Assembly (NCBI GenBank): GCA_963819815.1
Contig: CAWFXL010000001.1
Span: 320,001-384,000, forward strand
Direction: 5' to 3'
Length of the DNA: 64,000 nucleotides
Origin: an uncultured bacterium
GTDB taxonomy: Bacteria; Babelota; Babeliae; Babelales; Babelaceae
This document shows positions 61,703 through 64,000 of this stretch, one piece after another. Position 1 is the first letter of the stretch; every line of letters begins with the position of its first letter. Under the pieces are notes generated by a model. The model saw only the letters and a list, made by a program, of their open reading frames with translations. It was not told where the DNA came from and did no database searches. A program made the translations under genes and the position numbers.

Positions 61703-63952
61703 ATGAAAAAACTTATACTCCTCATTCTTGGGCTCTGTATGTCTCGCATCGATGCAATGGTGACCCCATCAGCCATCCATATTGATGCCCCCCTTAAACA
61801 GTACCTCGACTCCGGTGATCATGCAAAGATTCGGGAATATTTTGCACAGGGAAAAAACTCAGACAAAATAAATATGGCTCTTGATAGCGATGAGAATACG
61901 CTTCTTCACCACGCAGCTATGATATCAATGGAAGATGACACTCTGGTGGAATTCTTACATAAGCACGGTGCCGATCTCAACAAAAGAAATAAAAGCGGTA
62001 ATACACCACTCCATACAGCAAGCGTGTGCAAAAATGAGGGAATAATTAAGCAGCTCATTGCCTGTGGGGCAAACGTTAATCTGGGTAATATGCAAAACAG
62101 AACGCCCTTGTTCATTGCATGCATTACCAACAATATTCGACTGGCACAGTGCCTTATGGTACCCCGTATAAACCCTAATATTGGAGATATTAAAGGGAAT
62201 ACACCTCTTCATATTGCATGTACGTTAGGTAACATGTCTATAGTACGGCTGCTTATAACCCCTCCCCAAGGATATACTGATCATTCTATTTCTATCGCCC
62301 AAAAGTCTAAGCTTGGACATTCAGCTCTATTTTACGCATGCCTTAAAGGACACTATCAGCTAGCGCAGCTGCTCATCGACTGTGGTATCGATATACAAAG
62401 TGAAGAACATAATCTTAACGGAACTGTGCTTCATGCTGCAGTTGCCTCAGGGAGCCTTCCTCTTGTACGATTCATTGTTGAGAAAGGAGCAAACATTAAT
62501 GCCAGAAAACAGGATGGAGCTACACCTGTATGGTTTGCTACCGAAGCAGATCAGACGACAATAGTCGAATACCTTATTAAAGAAGGAGCAGATATCTCTC
62601 TTGCCACACATGAAGACGGCCTCACACCTCTACATCTTGCGGCAGCAAAAGGGAATGAATATCTTGTTGATCTACTGGCAACCTCTCAAAAAGTTCCTAT
62701 AGACGTCCGTGCAAGCATAAGCGAAGGTATCCAGGACCTAACACCGCTTCATCTTGCTATTTTACGCCGACAGAAAGACAGCATGATTAGATTGCTTCTT
62801 AAGCATGGAGCTTCTATAGATGCTCGGGCAGAGCATCAGCTTACCCCATTAGCTCTACATTTTATAGGTATGCAAGATGCTGCTTCACCCACTCATGAAA
62901 AGGTCCTGCATACGTTACTCAAGGCAGGAGCGGATCTTCAAGCGAAGTCTGACACAGGTGACACTCCTCTTCAATTCGCTAAAAAAGCCGGCTCTACAGT
63001 AGGAATAAAAGTCATTACAGATGCACTTTCCAAAGCAGTACCATGCAACTACTGCAAAAAGGTTGCGCTTACCAAAAGATGTAGCAGCTGCTCAAAAGCC
63101 TTTTATTGTACCGTAGGCTGCCAAAAAGCTGACTGGGCTACCCATAAAGTTACCTGCAAAAAAGTGTCTTCGCTAACCTCATCAAAAACCTCAGAGGATA
63201 AGTCAGGAAGCCCACAAGAAAAGGAATCACCTTTGAAACAGATTTTTACCGCAATCACCAACTCAATGACTTCTCACGTTAGCAGCGACTCTAGTTCGAG
63301 TAAGCATGAGGCGGTCAATGGCTGCCAATCAAGACCCGTTACCTCTGATGGTCAAACAAAGCATCATGAGTCAGTAAAAACTGATGATCTACAGGAGGCT
63401 GCATGTGAAGAAGACGACCTTGAAGAGCCTAATCCTTTCGATCTCAATGAGGATGAATTCTTCGAGCTTCCTGCAAGTGCTAAAGCAAAGCTCCTCTGCG
63501 TTACTCTCGATCAAGGTCACTTTGACTGCGCAAAAACTCTTGTGGACCAATGGATTAAAAGTTCAAAGGAACACTCGGGTATAAAAATAACTGCGCTCCA
63601 TTATGCCGCAGGAATAGATTCCCTGCCTTTTGTAAGATATTTAGTGGGTATTGGTGAGAAAATAGATGCGCAAACAATCCATGGAAAGACGCCATTGATG
63701 TTTGCTATTGAAGAAGGGTATGAAGATATAGTTGCATTTTTACTTGAGCAGGGAGCAAGCCTCTCAACGAGCTACCTTGACCACGCTACTATGAAGAAAT
63801 ATACTCCGCTTGAAGTTGCCTGTCATAAGGGTAATGAGGGTATTGTGCAACTTATCTTAAAACGGTCTCAGGTCTATCAAAGTCTTTTAGAAAGGGCTCT
63901 TTCTCGCTCAACTGACATACGTCAGCTTGCGAAGGCTGTAAAAAATGTTTAG
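61703..63952 (+). CDS. Ankyrin-MYND-ankyrin protein with signal peptide
   Basis: About 11 N-terminal ankyrin repeats, internal CNYC..CSSCSKAFYCTVGCQKADWATHKVTC, an acidic/Ser linker, then further ankyrin repeats. Confidence 0.92.
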   Translation: MKKLILLILGLCMSRIDAMVTPSAIHIDAPLKQYLDSGDHAKIREYFAQGKNSDKINMALDSDENTLLHHAAMISMEDDTLVEFLHKHGADLNKRNKSGNTPLHTASVCKNEGIIKQLIACGANVNLGNMQNRTPLFIACITNNIRLAQCLMVPRINPNIGDIKGNTPLHIACTLGNMSIVRLLITPPQGYTDHSISIAQKSKLGHSALFYACLKGHYQLAQLLIDCGIDIQSEEHNLNGTVLHAAVASGSLPLVRFIVEKGANINARKQDGATPVWFATEADQTTIVEYLIKEGADISLATHEDGLTPLHLAAAKGNEYLVDLLATSQKVPIDVRASISEGIQDLTPLHLAILRRQKDSMIRLLLKHGASIDARAEHQLTPLALHFIGMQDAASPTHEKVLHTLLKAGADLQAKSDTGDTPLQFAKKAGSTVGIKVITDALSKAVPCNYCKKVALTKRCSSCSKAFYCTVGCQKADWATHKVTCKKVSSLTSSKTSEDKSGSPQEKESPLKQIFTAITNSMTSHVSSDSSSSKHEAVNGCQSRPVTSDGQTKHHESVKTDDLQEAACEEDDLEEPNPFDLNEDEFFELPASAKAKLLCVTLDQGHFDCAKTLVDQWIKSSKEHSGIKITALHYAAGIDSLPFVRYLVGIGEKIDAQTIHGKTPLMFAIEEGYEDIVAFLLEQGASLSTSYLDHATMKKYTPLEVACHKGNEGIVQLILKRSQVYQSLLERALSRSTDIRQLAKAVKNV

Positions 63953-64000
63953 AACTCGAACCGCAAAAAGCATTAACTCTCACTCCTCAGCCCAAAGGCC

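Noticed and set aside
344..63584. Numerous 60-150 aa ORFs overlapping or antisense to the called genes
   Set aside because: They are shadow frames without RBS or motifs, and they overlap better-supported CDSs.

Overview
Bacterial genomic DNA whose gene content suggests an intracellular parasite of protists, most like Candidatus Dependentiae/Babelota (inference from content only; the window has no marker gene). Many proteins carry signal peptides and eukaryote-like ankyrin, ankyrin-MYND, WD40 or Sel1 domains. Highlights: (1) a ~15-kb array (40.1-54.9 kb) of cysteine-rich PstS-fold paralogs (4 intact, 2 disrupted, 2 remnants) with no pstCAB in the window, where four copies share a promoter and a G-loop leader hairpin and four share a terminator; (2) a tnpB-only IS200/IS605-family element (15920-17303) whose right-end hairpin carries a 4-nt deletion, plus a 355-bp protein-less relative (45215-45569) that keeps the left end, a candidate promoter and an intact omegaRNA-sized right end; (3) signal-peptide-bearing nucleotide-modification enzymes (macrodomain, NADAR, 2H phosphoesterase, Ppx/GppA-like); (4) two ~1250-1350-aa paralogs with a Skp1/BTB-like N-terminus, beta-propeller-like region and Sel1 repeats. 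Also present: an AbiE-type TA pair, an AAA-ATPase/nuclease gene with a five-copy operator array, a short serpin-like protein, a LigD-type ligase, ArfB, an aquaporin, an ABC permease/ATPase pair, EVE and DUF1328 proteins. No rRNA, intact tRNA or CRISPR array was seen.
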